Positions 19,904 to 28,505 of a stretch of 64,000 nt of DNA are shown in pieces. Location: contig JAIUOH010000001.1 of assembly GCA_020161315.1 (NCBI GenBank), positions 37,620 through 101,619 on the forward strand. The letters are read 5' to 3'. Position 1 is the stretch's first letter. Each line of letters begins with the position of its first letter. The translations under genes were made by a program, and so were the position numbers. Under the pieces are notes generated by a model. The model saw nothing but the letters and a program-made list of their open reading frames with translations, searched no databases and was not told the origin of the DNA. The DNA is from Actinomycetota bacterium (GTDB lineage: Bacteria; Actinomycetota; Actinomycetes; Actinomycetales; Microbacteriaceae).

Positions 19904-21061
19904 GTGAACTTTTGGAGCGAAATCGTGGGGCAGCCCGAGGCGGTGCGCGTGCTTGAACAGGCGGCCGCGCCAGGTGCCGAACGCGAGCTCTCGCACGCGT
20001 GGCTGATCACTGGCCCACCCGGCTCGGGGCGGTCAAACCTGGCGCTCCGCTTCGCCGCGGCACTCATTGCCCGCGACCCGGCCGATCGAGACTCGGTGTT
20101 TGCGCAGGTGAATGCGCGCACGCACCCCGACGCTGCCGTGCTCACGACGCAGAAGGTCGTCATCGGCATTGATGATGTGCGCGACATCGTGGCGTCAGCG
20201 CACTTTGCGCCAGCAGAGGGCCGCCACCGCGTCATCGTGATTGAAGACGCAGATCGCATGCCCGAGCGCACCTCGAACGTGCTGCTGAAGGCGCTCGAAG
20301 AGCCGCCCGAGCGCACCGTGTGGGTGCTCTGCGCGCCCAGCGAAGCAGATCTCTTGCCAACGATTCGCTCGCGGGCCCGCTCGCTGCGACTGGTGACTCC
20401 GGCCCCCGCCGAGATCGCGCGGCTACTGCACGAGCGCGACGGGGTTGATGTGCAACTGGCCGAGCGCGCCGCAAGGCTTGCGCAGAGCCACATTGGCATG
20501 GCGCGCCGTCTGGCCTCTGACTCGGCCGCACTCGAGCGACGCGAACGCACGGTTGAGCTTGCGCTGCGGGTCGAAACCCTCGGCGATGGCATGCGCGCCG
20601 CGGCAGAGCTCTTGAAGGTTGCTCAGGCCGATGCCGACGCGCTCACCGAGATGCTCGATACGAATGAGCGCGCTGCGGCAATGCGAGGCATGGGGCTTGC
20701 GCCGGGGGCAGCGATTCCACCCGCACTGAGGTCGCAAATGAAGGCCCTTGAAGAAGACCAGAAGCGCCGCGCCACCCGCAGCCTGCGCGATGGGCTCGAC
20801 CGTATTCTCACCGACCTGCTCTCACTCTATCGAGACGTGCTGCTCACTGCGATGCACTCGGGCACCGAGTTGGTGAACTTTGAGCAGCAGGCGCAGGTTG
20901 AACGCCTGGCCGGGCAGTGGAGCGAACAGCGCGCGCTCGGCGTGATCGACGCGATTGAGACTGCCCGAATGCGCCTCGCACGCGGCGTCACCCCGGGCCT
21001 CGTGCTCGAGGCGATGTTTGCCGCGATCGTTGCCGAACTCGCACCGAACGGAGCAAAATGA
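19904..21061 (+). CDS. holB: DNA polymerase III subunit delta prime
   Basis: IVGQ, HAWLITGPPGSGRS, THPD, NVLLKALEEPP and LLPTIRSR motifs; GTG start at 19904. Confidence 0.93.
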   Translation: MNFWSEIVGQPEAVRVLEQAAAPGAERELSHAWLITGPPGSGRSNLALRFAAALIARDPADRDSVFAQVNARTHPDAAVLTTQKVVIGIDDVRDIVASAHFAPAEGRHRVIVIEDADRMPERTSNVLLKALEEPPERTVWVLCAPSEADLLPTIRSRARSLRLVTPAPAEIARLLHERDGVDVQLAERAARLAQSHIGMARRLASDSAALERRERTVELALRVETLGDGMRAAAELLKVAQADADALTEMLDTNERAAAMRGMGLAPGAAIPPALRSQMKALEEDQKRRATRSLRDGLDRILTDLLSLYRDVLLTAMHSGTELVNFEQQAQVERLAGQWSEQRALGVIDAIETARMRLARGVTPGLVLEAMFAAIVAELAPNGAK

Positions 21062-22770
21062 CCGGGTTGCCGCCTGAGATGCACGGGAATGAGCCGAATG
21101 GCGGGGGGTCGTGGGCCGAAGCGTCGCAGCCTGCACCGCCGCCCCAAGCGTCGCCCCTCGAGGGCGAGATTATCTTCGGCGAAGATCCCGCAGCAGAGGC
21201 TCTCTACGAGCAGCGCCGCAAGCGCAGGCGCACCCGCAACATCGTGATTGCCGCGGTGCTCGTCGGTGCCCTCGTGCTGAGTTCGGTGTGGCTGCTCTTC
21301 GACCTGCTCAACAGAAATGCGCAGAGTGCTCCGGCCGTGCCCACACCGGCAACGGTGCAACAGGCAGACTTCGCATCGCAGCAGCCCGAATGGGTGGGTT
21401 GCTACGACACGATGCAGTGCGCAAAGGTGAGGGCACCGCTCGACTGGGCTGATCCTCGTGGCGAACAAATCGAACTCGCGCTCGTGAAACAACCGGCGCT
21501 CGGCGGCGCGCCGAAGGGCTCGCTGTTCGTGAACCCCGGCGGCCCAGGCTCATCCGGTGTGACGTACCTCGCCTCGGGGGTCGATGGGGCCGCCAGCCGA
21601 ACCCTACAGCAAGAGTTTGACGTGATCAGCTGGGATCCGCGAGGGGTGGGCCAGTCGAGCGCCGTTACCTGCCTCGACGACGCGGGCATGGACAAGGTGC
21701 TCTTCGGCAAGAGCACAACCGACGACCTCGAGGCCGGCACACAGGAGTGGCTCGATGCCGCTCTGAAAGAGAACAAAGCCTACGGCGAGGCCTGCCTCGA
21801 AGCGACGGGGCCGCTGCTCGGGCATATTGACACCGGTTCGACGGTCAAAGACCTCGACATGCTGCGGGCGATCGTCGGCGACGACAAACTGAACTACCTG
21901 GGCTACTCATACGGCACCTACATCGGTGCGAGGTATGCCGATGCCTACCCCGAGCGAGTCGGCAGGCTCGTGCTCGACGGCGCGATCGACCCCACCAGCA
22001 CCGAGGTTGAGGTGGTGCGTGAGCAGACCCGCGGCTTCGAGCTTGCACTGCGCGCGTACATGACCGATTGCCTGAGTCGCAGCGAGTGCCCGGTATCGGG
22101 TAGCGTCGACGAAGCGATGGCGCAGTGGCGGGCGATGCTCGACGCCGTTGAGGCGAACCCGCTCACGGGCAGTGACGGGCGCATGGTCGGCTCGGGCACC
22201 CTGCTCACCGCGATCATCACCCCGCTCTATTCGCAGGTGAACTGGCCTTACCTCGACCAGCTCTATGCCACCGTCACCGAGGGCAACGCAGATGTGGCGC
22301 TGAGCCTTGCAGACTTCTATTACGATCGCGTCGACGGGGTGTACCAAACCAATCTCATCACCGCGTTCGGCGCGATTAACTGCCTCGATGCTCCGAGGTC
22401 GCTGCCGTTGAACCTCGAGCAGATGCGCGCAGACGCCGCCGAGCTTGAGCGCATCGCCCCGACCATCGGCGCGTTCCAGGGCTACGGAGACGTCGGCTGT
22501 GCAGCTTGGCCGGTCGAGGGAGTCGACAGCCGCCCCCCGGTGAAGGCCGCTGGCGCGGGGCCGATCCTTGTCGTTGGCACAACCGGTGACCCCGCGACCC
22601 CGCTGCGCTGGGCCGAGTCGCTCGCATCTCAGCTTGAGAGCGGGGTGCTGCTCACCTATCAGGGCGAGGGGCACATCGCCTACGGCAACAATGCCTGCGT
22701 GAACGACACCGTTGACCAGTACTTCTTGACGGGCGCTGTGCCCGCCGAGGGTGCGCGCTGTGAGGCGTAG
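21058..22770 (+). CDS. Membrane-anchored alpha/beta hydrolase (TAP-like peptidase, Hip1/CaeA family)
   Basis: N-terminal TM helix; NPGGPG, WDPRGVG, GYSYG (catalytic Ser), DPATP and GEGH motifs. Confidence 0.9.
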   Translation: MTGLPPEMHGNEPNGGGSWAEASQPAPPPQASPLEGEIIFGEDPAAEALYEQRRKRRRTRNIVIAAVLVGALVLSSVWLLFDLLNRNAQSAPAVPTPATVQQADFASQQPEWVGCYDTMQCAKVRAPLDWADPRGEQIELALVKQPALGGAPKGSLFVNPGGPGSSGVTYLASGVDGAASRTLQQEFDVISWDPRGVGQSSAVTCLDDAGMDKVLFGKSTTDDLEAGTQEWLDAALKENKAYGEACLEATGPLLGHIDTGSTVKDLDMLRAIVGDDKLNYLGYSYGTYIGARYADAYPERVGRLVLDGAIDPTSTEVEVVREQTRGFELALRAYMTDCLSRSECPVSGSVDEAMAQWRAMLDAVEANPLTGSDGRMVGSGTLLTAIITPLYSQVNWPYLDQLYATVTEGNADVALSLADFYYDRVDGVYQTNLITAFGAINCLDAPRSLPLNLEQMRADAAELERIAPTIGAFQGYGDVGCAAWPVEGVDSRPPVKAAGAGPILVVGTTGDPATPLRWAESLASQLESGVLLTYQGEGHIAYGNNACVNDTVDQYFLTGAVPAEGARCEA

Positions 22771-22872
22771 CGCTCGGGTGTTCGAAGCGCGATGCGTGGG
22801 CGCAGGTTGTCCGTAATATTTGGCACCGCGATCATGGTAAAGTAATGCCTTGTGCCGGGTGTGCCCGGCAAC

Positions 22873-22944
22873 GCCGCCTTAGCTCAGGGGTAGAGCAGTT
22901 CCCTCGTAAAGAACAGGTCTCGGGTTCAAATCCCGAAGGCGGCT
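22873..22944 (+). tRNA. tRNA-Thr(CGT); 3' part supplied by the prophage, CCA not encoded
   Basis: Cloverleaf: acceptor GCCGCCT/AGGCGGC, D arm GCTC/GAGC, anticodon loop CTCGTAA, T arm TCGGG-TTCAAAT-CCCGA. Confidence 0.96.
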
Positions 22945-23205
22945 CTCAGCGCCCCCGTCATTGACGGGGGCGTTTCCTGTTACCAGCCATTCGACGGGTA
23001 CGCCCGTAACCTCAGCGGCCTTCTTGATGTCGCGGGGGCGAGGCATGTGCTTGCCGTTGATCCAGCTATTGGTTGCGTTGCGGTGAACCTCTAGCGCGTC
23101 TGCGAGTTGGGTTGCGTTCAGGTTCGCGAGTCGAAGAGCCTTGCGAAGCCTGTCTGCGAAATCAAACTCTAAATCTGCTGCTGAAATAAGTTGTGTGTTC
23201 GTCAT
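22879..23205 (-). CDS. Phage immunity repressor (XRE HTH), prophage form spanning attL
   Basis: DRLRKAL..ATQLADALEVHRNATNSWING..P..VPVEWLVTG XRE fold; last 22 codons antisense to the tRNA; start ATG 23205 or GTG 23211. Confidence 0.92.
   Translation of the reverse strand: MTNTQLISAADLEFDFADRLRKALRLANLNATQLADALEVHRNATNSWINGKHMPRPRDIKKAAEVTGVPVEWLVTGNAPVNDGGAESRLRDLNPRPVLYEGTALPLS
22906..22945 (+). repeat. attL common core (40 bp)
   Basis: GTAAAGAACAGGTCTCGGGTTCAAATCCCGAAGGCGGCTC, identical to 39033-39072. Confidence 0.97.
22950..22972 (+). terminator. Phage-supplied terminator for the reconstituted tRNA, inside the repressor ORF
   Basis: CGCCCCCGTCA-T-TGACGGGGGCG followed by TTT. Confidence 0.75.
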
Positions 23206-23293
23206 GTTCACAAGTATCGCATAAAGTTGTGCGTTTGAACGACACGCCGCGCTGAATTACAAGCTTGTAGTTCGTCTGCATCAAGATGTGCAT
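23206..23293. promoter_or_regulatory. Divergent repressor/cro promoter-operator region
   Basis: AT-rich; perfect palindrome TACAAGCTTGTA at 23258-23269; repeated AAGTTGTG(T/C)GTT near 23188 and 23224. Confidence 0.65.
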
Positions 23294-23476
23294 ATGGACA
23301 ACTTGATGACTACGGCGCAGCTTGCGCTGTTACTCGGCGTTGATCGCTCTACGATAACCCGCCGTGTACAGGCTGGCGAACTCACGCCCGCCTACTCGCG
23401 TGAGGGGCACGGCGGGATATACCTGTTTGACCCCGCCCATGTCGCTATCTCCATCGCTGAGGTGGGCGAAGAGTGA
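23294..23476 (+). CDS. Cro/Xis-like small HTH DNA-binding protein (HTH_17/MerR-like)
   Basis: LMTTAQLALLLGVDRSTITRRVQAGELTP..YLFD; divergent from the repressor. Confidence 0.85.
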   Translation: MDNLMTTAQLALLLGVDRSTITRRVQAGELTPAYSREGHGGIYLFDPAHVAISIAEVGEE

Positions 23477-24357
23477 GCACCAACGGCAACCAGGGCGTGC
23501 TCGTGCGCCCCCGTCTCACGTTCGAAGACGGGTTCACGATGATGCCCAACACCTGGATACGTGACCGCCGCATCAAGTGGGCAGCACGCGGCCTACTCTC
23601 GTGGCTACTCTCGCACGACGCCGGTTTCGAAGTCTCGATGGAACTGCTATCGAAGAGCGGCGATCTCGGGCGCGACGGCGTGCGTGGCGTGGTGCAGCAG
23701 CTTGAACAGTTCGGCTACCTGGAACGCATCAAGCGCCGCGATCAGCGCGGCAGAATCGCCCACACTGACTGGCATCTACGCGACCCTTTCACGGAGTCGA
23801 ATAACCAGCTTGCCGGGCTTGAAGAGGCACCACCCACGAAAACCGTCGCCCGGAGTTATCCACAGGCTCAGGAACAAAACCCCAGATCAGAACCAGCGAC
23901 GGGTTTACCGGCGCTGGCTCAGCCGTCGCCGGTTCAGCCGTCGCCGGTGAATCCAACGACTATAGAAAACTATCTACAAGAAGAACTATCTATAGATATC
24001 TCTAATCGAGAGTTACTAGACGCGACCCCGCGCGAAGCCGAGCTACCCGGCGGCACCTTCACCGCCGAAGAGCGTGCCGCCTACACCGCCGCGACCGGCG
24101 CACCCAGCGCACCCGGCGAGCAGCACCGCCCAGCGTGGGGCGTGCAACCAGCACCCACCTACCCCCGCTACGTGCCAGAGCCGACCCCAGACCGGCCAGC
24201 CGCTCGCACGACCGCTGAGGCTGAAGCCGTGTCAGACCTCGAATCACTCCCCTGCCCAGCCGCTCCACGTTTTCACCACTGGGTGCCCCTTGGCATGACC
24301 GAGTGCGCACGCGGATGCGGCACCACGATCACCATCACCGAAAGGCAAACAGCATGA
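23473..24357 (+). CDS. Phage replication initiator (wHTH, replisome-organiser-like)
   Basis: FTMMPNTWIRD..AARGLLSWLLSH..LEQFGYLER N-terminal domain; internal iteron-like repeats; C-terminal Cys/His cluster. Confidence 0.75.
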   Translation: MSTNGNQGVLVRPRLTFEDGFTMMPNTWIRDRRIKWAARGLLSWLLSHDAGFEVSMELLSKSGDLGRDGVRGVVQQLEQFGYLERIKRRDQRGRIAHTDWHLRDPFTESNNQLAGLEEAPPTKTVARSYPQAQEQNPRSEPATGLPALAQPSPVQPSPVNPTTIENYLQEELSIDISNRELLDATPREAELPGGTFTAEERAAYTAATGAPSAPGEQHRPAWGVQPAPTYPRYVPEPTPDRPAARTTAEAEAVSDLESLPCPAAPRFHHWVPLGMTECARGCGTTITITERQTA

Positions 24358-24590
24358 ACATCAACAGCCCGCTCGACCCCGCCGCCCTCGCCTCAGACGA
24401 TCAGGCTCGCGCCGAGTTCAAATCACTCGGCATCACCTTCACGCCTGGCGCACCCATCATCGCGTGCATCGCTATCGACCTCGACGGCACAATGCACAGC
24501 ACCATACGCCCCGGCATGAGCCTCGAAGCCTACGCCGAGCTGCTGCACCGCTACGCCGACTTCGTGGCAGAGAACGGGCTGTTCTCATGA
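24354..24590 (+). CDS. Hypothetical phage protein
   Basis: GAAAGG RBS; ATGA overlaps with both neighbours. Confidence 0.7.
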   Translation: MNINSPLDPAALASDDQARAEFKSLGITFTPGAPIIACIAIDLDGTMHSTIRPGMSLEAYAELLHRYADFVAENGLFS

Positions 24591-24922
24591 GCATCGAGAT
24601 TCGCGCCAAGGTGCAGCGCCTACCCAAGACCGGCGGCACACCGCTAGGCGAGCCGTGGCTTGCAGTGGTCTACACCAATGACCCAGAACCCACCGAAGAG
24701 CATTACCACGACAGCTACGAAACCACCTGGTGCGGGTCACTGCCCGAAGCGATCCAAGCCGTACTGCTGATGCGCAACCGCCTTGAGCGGCAGCTAATGG
24801 ACGAGGTGCACGCGAGCCACGCAAGCCGACGCGCACGGCGTTGTGAGTGCCCTATCGGCATGCACTCGATCAACTGCCATGAACACGAACGCAACAAATA
24901 CACCACGGAGGCCACCGCATGA
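24587..24922 (+). CDS. Hypothetical phage protein with C-terminal Cys/His cluster
   Basis: ATGA coupling; CECPIGMHSINCHEH. Confidence 0.7.
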   Translation: MSIEIRAKVQRLPKTGGTPLGEPWLAVVYTNDPEPTEEHYHDSYETTWCGSLPEAIQAVLLMRNRLERQLMDEVHASHASRRARRCECPIGMHSINCHEHERNKYTTEATA

Positions 24923-25128
24923 GCGTGCAGTCAGCGCACGCCGAGATGTGCGCAGCGGTCTTCATTCGTGAGCGTGCAGACGTGCTGCGTGACGTGTGCG
25001 AGATATTCCCAGACACCGCGTACCCGGTCAGTGGTGACATGCTCGCGGTCGTGAAGCACGGCAGCGCGTACGAGCGTCGGCAGCGCCGCCGCCGCGCCTC
25101 AGCCGAACGCCGCGGGGAACTACCGTGA
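24919..25128 (+). CDS. Hypothetical phage protein
   Basis: GGAGG RBS; overlapping start/stop on both sides. Confidence 0.65.
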   Translation: MSVQSAHAEMCAAVFIRERADVLRDVCEIFPDTAYPVSGDMLAVVKHGSAYERRQRRRRASAERRGELP

Positions 25129-25421
25129 GCCGCCACCACCGGGCGCAGAAGTGGAGCACGCACAGCCCGAAGCTACGCGCCCTGATCCAACCACAGCTAC
25201 CACTACCGTGCGCCCGATGCGGCAAGCCAGTCATGCCCACCGACAAGTGGCACGTTGGCCACATCCAAGACGCTGAGCACGGCGGCGCACCGGTCTACTC
25301 GAACGTCAGACCCGAGCACGCCCGCTGCTCGAACCGGTCAGGCGGCAAGCGTGCCGCGCAGATCGTCAACGCTCGACGCCGCAACCAGTCGAACACCTCG
25401 AAAGGGATACGCGACCTGTGA
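25125..25421 (+). CDS. HNH endonuclease (terminase-associated)
   Basis: CARCG..WHVGH..NVRPEHARCSN motif; directly upstream of terminase. Confidence 0.88.
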   Translation: MSRHHRAQKWSTHSPKLRALIQPQLPLPCARCGKPVMPTDKWHVGHIQDAEHGGAPVYSNVRPEHARCSNRSGGKRAAQIVNARRRNQSNTSKGIRDL

Positions 25422-27208
25422 CCTCATCAACGTCTTTTGAGAACCCGTCAGAACCTTCGCCTGGGGGCAGCACGACTTCTCTCCCCCCGTACGACCAAGC
25501 CACGTATGAAAAAATCTGGGAGAAGGTGTGCGCGCTCGGCATCACGCCGGGCGCACATGGCGATCTCGATAGCACCTGGTCACTGCGACTTGAGTTCCTG
25601 ACCGGTGCCGAGATGCTGGGCATGGCGCTCGTTGACCTGACCGACAAGGCGGCGGTCGCGGCGCTTGCCGAACTTGACCCGCCGCTGGTGCCGCTGCAAC
25701 CGCAGCAGTTGCTCGTGGCCGACGCGATCAACGCGGGCACCCGCAAGAACGTGGTCGAGATGCCGCGCCGCTCATCGAAGTCAACAAGCATCTTCGCGCT
25801 GCTGCTTGGCCGGTGCGTGTCCAGGCCACGCTACAAGGTCACGTTCTCCGTGCAGACCGGCACTGACGGGCGCGCGATGCTCGAAGAATGGGTGATCGGC
25901 GAACAGGGCATTGAGGTGTTCTGGCCTGAACTCTCGCTAGACACGATCAGGCCAACGAGCGGCAGCAGGAACCGTGAGGCGACACCCAAGGTGCCTATCG
26001 GCAGGTTCACGCATCAGCCGCTACCAGGCTTCGAACTAGAGCCAGTGGCCGAGACTCAGGCGAGCGAGACCGGCGAGCGCACCCACTACCGGTCAGGGAA
26101 GCCAGTCGTGCAGTTCTCAGCACGGCTCGGCAACAGTGGCACGCAGCTACGCTTCAGAAACCGCTCAGTGTTCCTCGTGCTGAAGCCAGAGGCCGCAGCG
26201 TACCGCTCGAAGGCCGCTGACTTCTCGTGGCTCGATGAAGCGCAAGAGCACGACCCCGAAGAGTCAGAGCTTCTGCTTGCCGGTCTACTGCCACTGCAAG
26301 ACACCAGGCCGGGAGCACAAACCTGCATCAGCGGCACCGCCGGTCAGGCGAAAGTGGGCGCGTTCTGGAAGTGGCTCAAGATGCTCCGCACCGGCCACTC
26401 CAACATCGGCGGCGTGGACTTCTACGCCCCCGAAGACACCCCGTGGACGGTGATCGAGGACGCCGAGACCGCGATGCAACTACTCAGAACGATGCACCCC
26501 GGCGTAGACACGCTGACCACGATCCCGTCAATGCTCGAAAACTGGGAAGGCATGGCCAAACCCAAGTGGGCGCGCGAGTACCTCTCGATGTGGCCAGACG
26601 TTGGCGAAGAAGTCGTGATCGACCCCGCGATGTGGGATCAGGGCGCACTGCCCGAGTTCCCGCCACGACCGGAGCGGGTAGCGTTTGGCACCGACATTCA
26701 GCCCGGCGGTGCGGTCGCGGCAATCGCCGCAGCGTGGCGCGACGGCGACGGCAACGCCTACATTGAAATCGTTGACCACCAAATCGGCAACGCCTGGTTG
26801 CCGCCACGGTTCCAGTACTGGACGCGAGAGCGCTACCGAGGTAGCTCGGTCGCGTTCGACAAGATCGCCGAGGGCGAAGCGACCTACATCGAGACACGCC
26901 GCATCCACCCGCGCCCGAAGCTTCAGATTCAAACCTGGTCAGAGACCGCCGCCGGGTGCGTGACCGTGCTGCGCGAAATCGAAGCCGGAACCCTGTTCCA
27001 CTTCGCCGGGCAGGTAGGACTCAACGAAGCGGTGCAGGTCGCGAAGAAACGCGAAATCAAGGGCAACGACCGTGGCGTGTGGATATTCACCGCCGCTGTT
27101 GGTGACGATGTGACCCCGCTGCTCGCCGGGGTGCGCGCCCTCAGGAACTGGGATCAGTACTACGCGAGAAGCAACGAAACCTCACAGCTAGGAGTGATCA
27201 CCGCATGA
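25418..27208 (+). CDS. Terminase large subunit
   Basis: LQPQQ adenine-binding motif, Walker A-like MPRRSSKST, Walker B WLDEAQ, ISGTAG, C-terminal RNase H-like acidic motifs; true start may be downstream. Confidence 0.88.
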   Translation: MTSSTSFENPSEPSPGGSTTSLPPYDQATYEKIWEKVCALGITPGAHGDLDSTWSLRLEFLTGAEMLGMALVDLTDKAAVAALAELDPPLVPLQPQQLLVADAINAGTRKNVVEMPRRSSKSTSIFALLLGRCVSRPRYKVTFSVQTGTDGRAMLEEWVIGEQGIEVFWPELSLDTIRPTSGSRNREATPKVPIGRFTHQPLPGFELEPVAETQASETGERTHYRSGKPVVQFSARLGNSGTQLRFRNRSVFLVLKPEAAAYRSKAADFSWLDEAQEHDPEESELLLAGLLPLQDTRPGAQTCISGTAGQAKVGAFWKWLKMLRTGHSNIGGVDFYAPEDTPWTVIEDAETAMQLLRTMHPGVDTLTTIPSMLENWEGMAKPKWAREYLSMWPDVGEEVVIDPAMWDQGALPEFPPRPERVAFGTDIQPGGAVAAIAAAWRDGDGNAYIEIVDHQIGNAWLPPRFQYWTRERYRGSSVAFDKIAEGEATYIETRRIHPRPKLQIQTWSETAAGCVTVLREIEAGTLFHFAGQVGLNEAVQVAKKREIKGNDRGVWIFTAAVGDDVTPLLAGVRALRNWDQYYARSNETSQLGVITA

Positions 27209-27420
27209 GCGACAAGACCGGAATCCAGTTCGATGAAGGTGTGAGCGAAGTGCTGCTGGTGTGTCACGACTGTGCCGGAACCTGGCGCGCGTTCGCGTGG
27301 GATATGGCCGACGCCGAGCAACGCGCGATAGCGCATGAGGCACGAACACACCCCGGCACCAGCAACGTTCGCGAACGAATCAGGGCGCGACACGCCATGC
27401 GAGCACTACGCGAGCGCTGA
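27205..27420 (+). CDS. Small C2H2 zinc-finger-like phage protein
   Basis: AGGAG RBS; CHDC...HEARTH. Confidence 0.75.
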   Translation: MSDKTGIQFDEGVSEVLLVCHDCAGTWRAFAWDMADAEQRAIAHEARTHPGTSNVRERIRARHAMRALRER

Positions 27421-27451
27421 ATGTTACGAACTGCCGTGTCAGATAAAACAC

Positions 27452-28501
27452 ATGGCACTTCGTGACTACTTCCGCACCAAGCCCACCCCCGGCCTGAAAC
27501 CGTTCAGCGCCGGGGGTGGCATGCGTTTGCGGTCACCTTTTGCCCAGACCACCCCGCACGAACTGGTCTACGCTGACGTGTTCCCAGACGGCGCATTCGG
27601 TGGCAAAGCGTTCACCCGCGCCGACGCAATGAAGGTGCCCGCTATCGCCGCAGCACGCAACCGCGTGATCGAACACCTCGCCGGTCGCCCCCTGGTTGAC
27701 CACCTGGCCGGGGCACCCGCCAAGACGCAACCAGCCTGGTTGACCTCGACCCGTAGCGCCCTCGCGATCTCGCCCTACCAGCGCATGCTCGCCAGCCTGG
27801 ACGATCACATTTTTGACGGTGTGACGGCGTGGGCGGTCAACCGTGGCGCGAACAACCAGATCACCGGCGACGCGATTCATATCCCCATCGATAGGTGGTC
27901 AATGGATGAGTACGGCGTGTTCTACTTCGACGGCGAAGAGGTGCCCGCTGAACAGGTGCTCGTGATCCCTGCCGCAATGCCCGGTCTGCTGCACGTTGCC
28001 CAGGAAACCATCGAGGGCGGTCTCGCGATTGAGCGTGCCTGGCGTGCACGCGCCCGTAACCCGGTGCCGTCGATCATCCTCGAAGAGCGAGAAGCCGACA
28101 GCATGGGGCAAGAAGAGGCCGAAGCTTGGGTAGGCGCTATCGCTGCCGCTCGCCGCAACCCTGACGGTGGAGTCATGTTCGTGCCCGCGAAGATCGCCGC
28201 GAAATTCGAAGAGCACACCGGCGAATCGTTTCTAGAGAACGCCCGTAACGCGATCCGTATCGACGTTGCCAACTACTTCAACCTCACAGCGCAGTCCGTC
28301 GAAGCGTCCAAAGCGCAATCCACGCTCACCTATGAGACCGCCGAGACCGCCGACGCGCAGACCACAGACCGTATGGCGTTCTGGTCTGAACCCATCGAAG
28401 CACGCCTGTCGCTAGACGATGTGGTGCCCAGCGGTCACCGCGTCAGGTTCAACTTCGCCAGCGAACACCACCCCATCACCGGAACCCCAACAGAGGACTA
28501 A
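27452..28501 (+). CDS. Portal protein
   Basis: AMKVPAIAAARN, IRIDVANYFNL, STLTYET and EPIEARLSLDDVVP motifs; position after terminase. Confidence 0.9.
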   Translation: MALRDYFRTKPTPGLKPFSAGGGMRLRSPFAQTTPHELVYADVFPDGAFGGKAFTRADAMKVPAIAAARNRVIEHLAGRPLVDHLAGAPAKTQPAWLTSTRSALAISPYQRMLASLDDHIFDGVTAWAVNRGANNQITGDAIHIPIDRWSMDEYGVFYFDGEEVPAEQVLVIPAAMPGLLHVAQETIEGGLAIERAWRARARNPVPSIILEEREADSMGQEEAEAWVGAIAAARRNPDGGVMFVPAKIAAKFEEHTGESFLENARNAIRIDVANYFNLTAQSVEASKAQSTLTYETAETADAQTTDRMAFWSEPIEARLSLDDVVPSGHRVRFNFASEHHPITGTPTED

Positions 28502-28505
28502 CCCC

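Noticed and set aside
25430-25490. Possible cos site between the HNH gene and the terminase core
   Set aside because: The position is plausible but no overhang can be defined without virion end sequencing
24340-27208. Ala-ending C-termini of other phage proteins (ERQTA, TEATA, GVITA) as degradation tags
   Set aside because: Explained by the overlapping RBS and GCATGA start/stop coupling
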